A DNA stretch of 64,000 nucleotides from Oscillospiraceae bacterium. GTDB taxonomy: Bacteria; Bacillota; Clostridia; Oscillospirales; Oscillospiraceae. Every line of letters begins with the position of its first letter. Position 1 is the stretch's first letter. Shown piece after piece: positions 8,668 to 16,683 of the stretch. Below the pieces are notes generated by a model. It was not told the DNA's origin. It was given only the letters and a program-made list of their open reading frames with translations, and did no database searches. Both the position numbers and the translations under genes were made by a program. The DNA lies in contig SVKP01000056.1 in the NCBI GenBank assembly GCA_015068395.1, positions 3,844-67,843 on the forward strand. The letters are read 5' to 3'.

Positions 8668-10947
8668 TCACTGGAACAGCCAGCCCAGCAGACCGCCCTT
8701 TTTCTTCGGCTGTTTGGGTGCCGGGGGCTTGGGGATCGGCGCGTCCGGGTGTTCCAGGCGCTTGAGCGCGTTTTTCGCCGGGTCAAAGCCCTCGTCCGCC
8801 GCCTTTTGGTACCATTTCGCGGCGCGCTCGGTGTCGCGCTTGACCCCAAAGCCGTACTCATAGCACCTGCCAAGATTGAACTGCGCGCGGACGTGATCTT
8901 GCTCCGCCGCCGCGGCGTACCAGCGCACCGCCTCCTCGCGGTCGCGCTCGACGCCCTTGCCGTGCTCGTAGCACCAGCCGAGGCTGCACTGGGCGCGGGC
9001 GAGCCCGTTGTCGGCCGCCTTGCGGTACCAGCGTACCGCCTCGGTCCAGCTCTGTTCGACGCCCTTGCCGTTTTCGTAGCACCACGCCAGATTGCACTGG
9101 GCGCGGGCGTAGTCTGCCTCCGCGGCGCGGCGGTAGTACTCGATCGCCTTGTCCCAGCTCTGGGGGACCATCTCGCCCATCTCATAAAAGAGCCCGATGC
9201 GGGTGAGCGCGCGGGGGAACCCCGTCTCTGCCGCCCGCTTGAACCAGACGTACGCGGAGGCCAGATCCTTTTTGACGCCCTTGCCGTATTCGAGGCACCA
9301 TGCGTAATTGCAGATCCCGGGGCTATAGTTCGCCTTGGCGGCGCTGTGATAGAGCGCGGCGGCGGTCCGCCAGCTCTGCGCGACGCCCTCGCCCATCTCG
9401 TAGCAGAGGCCGAGCTTGCAGAGGGCGGCGGGGTAGTCCTGCCGCGCCGCCTCGCGGATCAGGCGGAGCGCTTCGGGGACGTCTTTTTTCACGCCTTCGC
9501 CGTTGAGATAGCAACAGCCCAGATTGTACTGCCCGCGGGCGCTGCCGCTTTCGGCTGCCTTGCGGAGCCATTCCAGCGCCTTATCCATGTCGCGTTCGAC
9601 GCCCTTGCCGTTTTCATAGCACCAGGCAAGGTTGCACTGCGCGTGGGCATAGCCCATGAACGCCGCGGCAGCGTAGAGCCGGACCGCCTTATCCCAATCC
9701 TGCTCGACGCCGGAGCCGGTCTCGTAGCACAAACCGAGACTGCACAGGCCGCGCGGGTCCTTCTGCTCGGCTGCCATCGAGTACCAATAGACCGCCTTTT
9801 CCAGGTCCTGCTCGACGCCCTTGCCGTGCTCATAGCACCAGCCGAGATTGCCCTGCGAGCGGGCGTGCCCGTCCTGCGCGGCACGGCGGTAGTATTTGAC
9901 GGCGGTCTCCCAGCTCTGCTCGACGCCGGAGCCGGTCTCGTAGCACAGGCCAAGCATGCAGAAGGCGGCGAGGTGCCCCGTGTCCGCGGAGCGGCGATAG
10001 AACTCGACCGCTTTTTTTGCGTCCTTCTTCACGCCCTCGCCCAGCTCATAGCAGAGCCCGAGCGAGCACAGGGCGCGTCCGTCCCCCGCCTCCGCCGCAG
10101 TTTCGTAGAGTGAGAGCGCGCGGGAGACGTCGCGTTCGACGCCCTTGCCCTCCTTGCAGCACCAGGCGTAATTGCACTGCGCGGGCGGATAGTCGAGCTC
10201 CGCCGCGGCTTTGTAAAGCTTTGCGGCGCGGTCCCAGCTCTGCGCGACGCCCGTGCCGTATTCGTAGCACATGCCGAGATTGCACAGCGCACGGGGATAG
10301 CGCTGCTCGGCTGCCATTGAGTACCAGTAGACGGCTTCGCCGTAGCTCTGCCCGACGCCCTTGCCGTTTTCGTAGCACCAGGCGAGGTTGCACTGCGCGC
10401 GGGGATTGCCCATGTCCGCGGCGCTGCGATAGAGGCGGGTCGCCTCGTCCCAGCTCTGTTCGACGCCGTCGCCGGTCTCATAGCACAGACCGAGAGCACA
10501 GATGCCGGGGGCGTAGTCCGCCTCCGCGGCGCGGCGGAACAGCTTCGCCGCCTGAACGGGATCGCGGTCGAAGCCTCTGCCCTCCTGATAGAGCTGCCCC
10601 AGCGCGCACCAGCTGACGGGGTCGCCCAGCTCCGAGGCGGCGCGGAAATATTCGATTGCCTTTTGGTCGTTCTGCTCCAGTCCCAGCTGTCCGAGCAGGT
10701 GGCAAACGCCCATGCGGTAGATGGCGGCGGGATAGTCAAGCTCGACGGCGTGCTCCAAATAGCGCAGCGCCTTATCGTCTGCGCCATCCTCCTGCGCGTG
10801 CTCGTAGAGCTCCACCCAGTCGCGGCCGGAAAGCTCGTCCTCATCCACGGGGAGAAGCATAGTCTCTCCGCAGTGCGGGCATTCCTCCGGCTCCGGCCCC
10901 TCGATCAGAAAGCCGCAGTCCGGGTTGTCGCAACGGAAGAATTCCAT
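8668..10947 (-). CDS. SEL1-like repeat protein with N-terminal zinc ribbon
   Basis: About 18 repeats of 36 aa (AxCxLGxCYExGxGV...AxxxYxxAA). N-terminal CDNPDCG...CPHCG. Confidence 0.92.
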   Translation of the reverse strand: MEFFRCDNPDCGFLIEGPEPEECPHCGETMLLPVDEDELSGRDWVELYEHAQEDGADDKALRYLEHAVELDYPAAIYRMGVCHLLGQLGLEQNDQKAIEYFRAASELGDPVSWCALGQLYQEGRGFDRDPVQAAKLFRRAAEADYAPGICALGLCYETGDGVEQSWDEATRLYRSAADMGNPRAQCNLAWCYENGKGVGQSYGEAVYWYSMAAEQRYPRALCNLGMCYEYGTGVAQSWDRAAKLYKAAAELDYPPAQCNYAWCCKEGKGVERDVSRALSLYETAAEAGDGRALCSLGLCYELGEGVKKDAKKAVEFYRRSADTGHLAAFCMLGLCYETGSGVEQSWETAVKYYRRAAQDGHARSQGNLGWCYEHGKGVEQDLEKAVYWYSMAAEQKDPRGLCSLGLCYETGSGVEQDWDKAVRLYAAAAFMGYAHAQCNLAWCYENGKGVERDMDKALEWLRKAAESGSARGQYNLGCCYLNGEGVKKDVPEALRLIREAARQDYPAALCKLGLCYEMGEGVAQSWRTAAALYHSAAKANYSPGICNYAWCLEYGKGVKKDLASAYVWFKRAAETGFPRALTRIGLFYEMGEMVPQSWDKAIEYYRRAAEADYARAQCNLAWCYENGKGVEQSWTEAVRWYRKAADNGLARAQCSLGWCYEHGKGVERDREEAVRWYAAAAEQDHVRAQFNLGRCYEYGFGVKRDTERAAKWYQKAADEGFDPAKNALKRLEHPDAPIPKPPAPKQPKKKGGLLGWLFQ

Positions 10948-11175
10948 GATACGGCCCTCCTTTCCAAGTTTAGAAAAGCATTATAACTCTCTCGGAAGGT
11001 AAACGCAAGTAAGACAGGCAAAATGGCTGTACTTTTTTGCGGCGCTGTGGTAGAATAGCCGCGAAGCGGCTATTCTACCAACGACCGCCATTTCGCTCAC
11101 CCCTTGCTGGGCCGCCGCAAAATATGGCTGCATACCATGTCTGAAAAAACGCAAATCATAAGGGAGGCGGAGAGC

Positions 11176-12132
11176 ATGTTCGAGACGGAGCATGAAACCG
11201 TGCGCCCGCAGGTCCTCCTGCTGGGGAACGGAATCAACCGCGCCTTCGGCGGAGGCTCGTGGGGCCAGCTGATCCGGGACATTTCCTGCAACAGCTCGCT
11301 GCCGGAGGACTGCGAGCTGCATCTGCCGATGCCTCTGCGCGCGATACTCGTCACGGGGGACACCATGGGCGAGTCGCTGCGCCGCGTGGGAGACATCCTG
11401 TACGGCAAGCTCGGCGACCCCGGGCATGTGGAGATGCTGCGCAGGCTGATCGAGATGGATTTCGACCATATCCTGACGACAAATTTCAGCTATGAGCTGG
11501 AACAGGCGACGCAGAGCGATCTGCACCTCAGCGACGCCATGCTCCGGCACATGATGCGGCACACAGACGCCAGCAGCCAGGCGGAGGCGCGCTACCTGTT
11601 CTATACCTACGGCATTCTGGACTGGCAGGGGCGGCAGACAAAGGTGTGGCACATCCACGGCGAGGGCAGAAAGCCGGACAGCATGATCCTCGGGCACTAT
11701 TATTATGCGAACCTTTTGGAGAAGATATCCAGCTACGTCAAGGCGGAGGGGCCGCGCTACCGCCGCGAGCAGGAACGCGGGGAGACGCCGCGCATCAAAA
11801 GCTGGGCGGACGCGTTTTTGTTCGGGGACGTCTACGTGCTCGGCTTCGGCTTCGACGTCTCGGAGTTCGATTTGTGGTGGCTGCTGAACCGCAAAAAGCG
11901 CGAGCGGGCGCAGACCGGGCGGACGTGGTTCTTCGCGCCCGCCGAGCGGCTGGAGCCGGGGCGCATCAACGAGAAGGAGGAGCTGCTGCGCGTCCTCGGC
12001 GTCGAGGTGCGCCACTGTGATTCCCTCCGCGCCGGGGGCGACCCGCTGGAACGCAGCCTCGGTTTCCGCGTGTTTTACGAGCGGGCGATGGAGGAGATCC
12101 GCGAGCTGATGGCGGAAAACCGAAAAGTATAA
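11176..12132 (+). CDS. SIR2-like domain protein (SIR2_2 type)
   Basis: LLLGNGIN, ILTTNFSY, KVWHIHG and VYVLGFGFDVSEFDLWWLL. AGGGAGG RBS before ATG 11176. Confidence 0.75.
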   Translation: MFETEHETVRPQVLLLGNGINRAFGGGSWGQLIRDISCNSSLPEDCELHLPMPLRAILVTGDTMGESLRRVGDILYGKLGDPGHVEMLRRLIEMDFDHILTTNFSYELEQATQSDLHLSDAMLRHMMRHTDASSQAEARYLFYTYGILDWQGRQTKVWHIHGEGRKPDSMILGHYYYANLLEKISSYVKAEGPRYRREQERGETPRIKSWADAFLFGDVYVLGFGFDVSEFDLWWLLNRKKRERAQTGRTWFFAPAERLEPGRINEKEELLRVLGVEVRHCDSLRAGGDPLERSLGFRVFYERAMEEIRELMAENRKV

Positions 12133-12150
12133 TGTATTGACAATAATGTG

Positions 12151-12178
12151 TTGACAATGTTATTTAAACTGATAGAAT
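12151..12178 (+). promoter_or_regulatory. SigA-type promoter of large LRR gene
   Basis: TTGACA-N16-TAGAAT with extended -10 TG. Confidence 0.55.
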
Positions 12179-12264
12179 AGCCATATGTGATGCGAGGGGG
12201 CTCCAAAGGCGGATGCGCTGCGGAGCATCCGAAAACAACAAAAAGGTGCACAGGAGGACAGAGA

Positions 12265-15200
12265 ATGAGAAAGACGGTGTGTGGGCTGATGGCTGCGCTG
12301 TGCCTTGCGACGCCGCTTATGCCGCGCGCATACGCGGCGACGGAGCACAACAGCATGGATATTGCCCAGAGAACCACGGACGCGGTGGTTTTGTTCAGCC
12401 CCGCGGCTGACGGAACGTGCGGCACGGACGTGACATGGCAGTATGACGGGGCGGATACCCTGACCGTTACGTGCGCAGTGACGGACGGCTCGCAAACCGG
12501 GACCGTTGACACATCGGCGCGGGCTACATGGAATACGTTTGCCGCCGACGTTCGTGTCCTGCGCTTGACCGGGGGAATCAAAACGATTCAGGGAAATGCC
12601 TTTGCCGACTTGAAGGCGCTGGAATGCGTGATTTTTGATACCCCGTCGCTCGGAACGATCAACTCCGGCGCATTCTACAGCTCTGCTCCGGTGAAAAAGG
12701 CGTATTTTGTGGGGGCAGAGAATTCGGCCTTTTATAACAATGTTTTCTTCAAGTCGCGCGAGAGGATCTATCTGGACAGCGTCGACGAGCTTTGCCGTGT
12801 GACGATCACGGAATATGACAAGGCGGAGATCGTCACCGACGCGGCGGTCTATGAAAAGAAAGGCGCGCAGGTTCACGTGGCCGCGGTTCCCAAGACCGGC
12901 TATGAACTGAGCAATGCAGCGGTCCTCGTCAACGGCGGTCCCGTTTTGAAAAACACGTGCACGATTGGAAATGTCGCTGAAATTCTGTTTACGCTGGACC
13001 AGTCGTACGTGGCGACCGCCAAGGCCGTCGCGGAAAACGGACAGGGGACCTGCGGCACGCATGCCCAGTGGTTCCTGTATGAAGATGGCAAGCTCCTGAT
13101 TACCGGCATTGGCGATATTCAGGCAAAAAGCGCGACATATTACCCGTGGTATGCCTTGAGAGAGAGCATCTGCTCGGTCGTTGTTGACAATGGGATCACG
13201 AGTGTACCGGCGTCCGCGTTTGCCAGCGCGGGGTATACCGCCCTGCGCGAGGCCACGATCGGCTCCGGTGTGACGACAATCGGAAACAGTGCGTTTGCAA
13301 AGCTTCCCGGATTGGAGAAGGCGGAGTTTCTGGGCGATAAGCCGACGCTTGGAAATGATGTTTTCAAGAGCTCCGGAAGCGGCCTGTTTACTGCCGTTTA
13401 TCATGCCGGCAATATCGGATGGCCGGACAGCAGCCAGGACCAGGGCTGGAAATTTGAGCCCCTTGAGGATGCAAACGGCAATAAGTACGACCTGAAGCAG
13501 GACGGCGTGGAATATGAAGACGGCGATTTTAAGAATCTGGAATATGTCGACGGCAAGTACAAAAACTTCCAGGGAGTGACCTTCGACCTCAAGCAGAACG
13601 GCGGCTCATATGAAGCGTGGGTCGATAGCGGCTACACCGGCACGAACGGTGCAGTGCGTATTCCTGACACGGTGAGCTTTAACGGACAGGAATACAAGGT
13701 GCTTGGAATTTATGCCAATGCATTTAAAGACAACAAAACGATAAAGAGTATTTATTTGGGCGTAAATGTCGGCGTGATTGGAACCGATGCATTCTATGGC
13801 TGCGCCAATTTCGAGAAATTCGAAGTCGCTGATGGGAACACATCCTTCCGCAGTGTGGATGGAGTTCTGTTTAGCAAAAATATGGAAAAGCTGTGCGTCT
13901 TCCCGGCGGGCAAGCAGGCAGAAAGCTATACGGTTCCCTCGTCCGTGACCGAAGTACTCACCAGAGCTTTCAATGGCTGCACAGAGATCAAGAAGGTCGT
14001 TTTCGACGGGAACTGCAACAACATTATGACGGAGGCGTTCAGAAACGCGACCGGCCTTGAGACGGTGACCGTTACCAAGGCGTCGAAGATGTCGATCGGC
14101 GAAAAAGCGTTCTATGGATGCAAGAACCTCGCCAGCGTATCGCTGAGCAACGATGTAGAAATGATTGGGAAAAACGTTTTCTACGGATGCGAGGCGCTGA
14201 AGGATCTGACGATCCCCTTTATCGGGCAGACGCCGGAGGTCGGGAAGACGCTCGAATATCTGGGAAATGAAGTCTTCCAGAAAGCGCTGCAAACGATCCG
14301 CGTTTCCGGCGGCGTGCTGACAGACGATGTCTTTTCCAAGGGCGTCAATCTGGAGAGTATTTATATCGCAGTCAGCAATACGGCGGAGCTGCTGCCGGGA
14401 ACCGTCCGCTTCGGAAAGAACGCGGGAACCGTCGGCAACCGCGCGTTCAAGGGCTGCGATAAGATCGCCTGCTTTGTGGTGCATAAGGACAATGCCTACT
14501 ATCAGGCGGATGAAGCCAAGGCGCTCTATACCAAGGGGCTTGGAACGCTGGTCTGCTTCCCGCCCGCGTCGGAAATCACAGAATACAGCGTGGAGGCAGC
14601 AGCAACGACCGCGGTCAGCGAGTATGCGTTTAATAACTGCGTGAATCTGGAAAAGCTCAGCATAAGCGACCAGGTGACGGCAATGGGAACCGGCGTTTTC
14701 AACGGCTGCACCGGTATTACGGAGCTGAGCATCCCCTTTGTCGGCACGAGTGCCGACAAAGGCGTCACGCTCGCCTCCATGTTTGGCAACAGCAAAAATG
14801 TGGCTGTGCAGCGTCTCCGCGCTGCCGGCGGCGTGCTGGCAGCTGATGCTTTTGCCACGTTGAAGACGCTTGAATCGATTCATTTGGGGACCAGCTCGGA
14901 GTATGTTGCGGGCACGGTTAAAATCGGAAAGGGCTTTGCCTCCATCGGGGACGGCGCTTTCCGTGGCTGCATCAAGATCGCCGGGTTTGTTGTGAACGAG
15001 AAAAACAGCAGCTTCGACGCGGATAACAAGAAAGCCCTTTACACGGAGGGCTATCAGGCGCTCATCTGCTGCCCGCCCGCGGCAAATATTACCAGTTACC
15101 GCGTGAAGAGCTATGCGACCGAGATCAAGCGCGACGCGTTTGATTGCTGCGAAACACTGAACACACTTGTGATCGACAACAATGTGACCAGTATGGGGAC

Positions 15201-16374
15201 GCCCCTGTTTAGGGATTGCAGCGGCCTGGAGAACCTGACGATACCCTTTATTGGCACGACAGCCAAAAAGCCTGTTACGCTTGCAAAGATGTTTGGCATC
15301 AACGCCAGTGAGGATAAGACCATACCGGTCAAAATGGTCCGTACCTTCGGCACTGTGTTGGCTGAGTCCACATTTGAAAAGTGCCCGCTCCTCCATTCGG
15401 TCAACGTCGCGGATGTGTCTGCCAACGAGGACGGAAAGGCGAAGATCGGGCAGGATGTCAGCAAGATCGGAGATTACGCTTTCAAGGGTGCTCTGGGGAT
15501 CGAGCGCTTTGTTGTGGACAAGCACAATACAAGCTATGACTCGGACTACCTTGGCGCGCTCTATACCGAGGGCTATGCCGCAATGATGTGCTATCCGCCC
15601 GCGTCCGGGATCAGCTTCTACCGCGTGAAGGACGCTGCCAGCAAGGTCTGCGATTATGCGTTCTACAAGTGCGGGAAGCTTGCGACGGTCTATATCACGA
15701 AGAATGTGAGCGATATTACGCAGAAGGCAAAAGAAGAGTGCCTCGCTCAATTCTGGGTCAATAAGGAATCGACGGCGGAAACCAAGCTGGGCGGCAAAAC
15801 CGTGGTGATGAGAATCGAGGAGAAGCGTCCCAACCAGATCGAGCTCTATCACCTTACGGACGTCCTTGCCTACGAGAGCGGAACCGAGCCGGAGAATTAT
15901 CCGGAGCTGCTGTTTACCGCCCGTTTTGAGTCGACGACGCTTCTTTTGAGCGACTCCGATTTCAGCTATTCCCTGAGTGGGACCAAGGCGGGCGTTCGGA
16001 CCGTTACCGCGACCTACAAGTTTTCGGACACTGTGGATCTTGGGCAGTTCCAGTTCCGCTTCAAGATCGCAATGCTTGACGTCCCCGCTGATTCGGAAAT
16101 CGTCGAGTGCAGCTTGGAGAGCAGTCTGGTCTCCGGAGCGAAAAAGCTTTCCGCGCTGGCTGCGTTCTATCAGGACGACGGCACGATGCTCGAGGCTGTG
16201 AGCGGCTATGTCATTGACAATGTAAACAATTCGGACTGCAATGTCCTGAGATGCGCGTTCAGCGTGCCCTCTGCGTACTTGGACAGCAGTTCAAAGACGA
16301 CGAACAAGGTCTTTATCCTTGAACGTGAGACGATGGTTCCTGTCCGCGAGCCTCTGGCGATTGAGCTCCAGTAA
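12265..16374 (+). CDS. Secreted BspA-type leucine-rich-repeat (LRR_5) surface protein
   Basis: Signal peptide ending AYA, GTCG...W modules and many IGxxAFxxCxxL repeats. AGGAGG RBS before ATG 12265. Confidence 0.9.
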   Translation: MRKTVCGLMAALCLATPLMPRAYAATEHNSMDIAQRTTDAVVLFSPAADGTCGTDVTWQYDGADTLTVTCAVTDGSQTGTVDTSARATWNTFAADVRVLRLTGGIKTIQGNAFADLKALECVIFDTPSLGTINSGAFYSSAPVKKAYFVGAENSAFYNNVFFKSRERIYLDSVDELCRVTITEYDKAEIVTDAAVYEKKGAQVHVAAVPKTGYELSNAAVLVNGGPVLKNTCTIGNVAEILFTLDQSYVATAKAVAENGQGTCGTHAQWFLYEDGKLLITGIGDIQAKSATYYPWYALRESICSVVVDNGITSVPASAFASAGYTALREATIGSGVTTIGNSAFAKLPGLEKAEFLGDKPTLGNDVFKSSGSGLFTAVYHAGNIGWPDSSQDQGWKFEPLEDANGNKYDLKQDGVEYEDGDFKNLEYVDGKYKNFQGVTFDLKQNGGSYEAWVDSGYTGTNGAVRIPDTVSFNGQEYKVLGIYANAFKDNKTIKSIYLGVNVGVIGTDAFYGCANFEKFEVADGNTSFRSVDGVLFSKNMEKLCVFPAGKQAESYTVPSSVTEVLTRAFNGCTEIKKVVFDGNCNNIMTEAFRNATGLETVTVTKASKMSIGEKAFYGCKNLASVSLSNDVEMIGKNVFYGCEALKDLTIPFIGQTPEVGKTLEYLGNEVFQKALQTIRVSGGVLTDDVFSKGVNLESIYIAVSNTAELLPGTVRFGKNAGTVGNRAFKGCDKIACFVVHKDNAYYQADEAKALYTKGLGTLVCFPPASEITEYSVEAAATTAVSEYAFNNCVNLEKLSISDQVTAMGTGVFNGCTGITELSIPFVGTSADKGVTLASMFGNSKNVAVQRLRAAGGVLAADAFATLKTLESIHLGTSSEYVAGTVKIGKGFASIGDGAFRGCIKIAGFVVNEKNSSFDADNKKALYTEGYQALICCPPAANITSYRVKSYATEIKRDAFDCCETLNTLVIDNNVTSMGTPLFRDCSGLENLTIPFIGTTAKKPVTLAKMFGINASEDKTIPVKMVRTFGTVLAESTFEKCPLLHSVNVADVSANEDGKAKIGQDVSKIGDYAFKGALGIERFVVDKHNTSYDSDYLGALYTEGYAAMMCYPPASGISFYRVKDAASKVCDYAFYKCGKLATVYITKNVSDITQKAKEECLAQFWVNKESTAETKLGGKTVVMRIEEKRPNQIELYHLTDVLAYESGTEPENYPELLFTARFESTTLLLSDSDFSYSLSGTKAGVRTVTATYKFSDTVDLGQFQFRFKIAMLDVPADSEIVECSLESSLVSGAKKLSALAAFYQDDGTMLEAVSGYVIDNVNNSDCNVLRCAFSVPSAYLDSSSKTTNKVFILERETMVPVREPLAIELQ

Positions 16375-16419
16375 TAGTAGAGCCGCTGGAAATGCACACG
16401 GAGGAATAGAAACCGAATA

Positions 16420-16466
16420 AGACCCGGGACCGAAGCGACTTTAAGACGCTTCGGTCCCGGGCTTTA
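16420..16466 (+). terminator. Rho-independent terminator
   Basis: CCCGGGACCGAAGCG...CGCTTCGGTCCCGGG-CTTT hairpin after the LRR gene. Confidence 0.7.
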
Positions 16467-16525
16467 ATGTATGAAGCTGTGCGGCGCCAGGTCTCAGCCC
16501 ATGGAGGGGCAAGCTTGCCGTGCTC

Positions 16526-16683
16526 ATACTACTCTTCGATAAAACGCTTTCACCGAGTTTCGAGCAGATTTTTCGTCAGGCAAGGAGGCGGACGCAGGCG
16601 GGCTGACGCCCGCCAAGGACAACGACACGGCATGGCGGAAAATATGCCGAAACGAATGAAATGGTTTTGTTGAAGAGCAGTAT
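16526..16683 (-). mobile_element. MITE-like element, copy 1 (~158 bp)
   Basis: TIRs ATACTACTCTTCGATAAAAC / GTTTTGTTGAAGAGCAGTAT. Internal sequence is the reverse complement of 47059-47215 (shared GGGCTGACGCCCGCCAAGGAC core). Confidence 0.8.

Noticed and set aside
8800-10750. Regular ~108-bp periodic repeats resembling an array
   Set aside because: These are SEL1 coding repeats with synonymous variation; no CRISPR repeat-spacer structure and no cas genes.
12180-12264. c-di-GMP riboswitch in the leaders of surface-protein genes (also 60195-60270)
   Set aside because: Hairpins are present, but the GEMM signature (GGCAAACC...GAAA...GACGCAAAGC) is not found.
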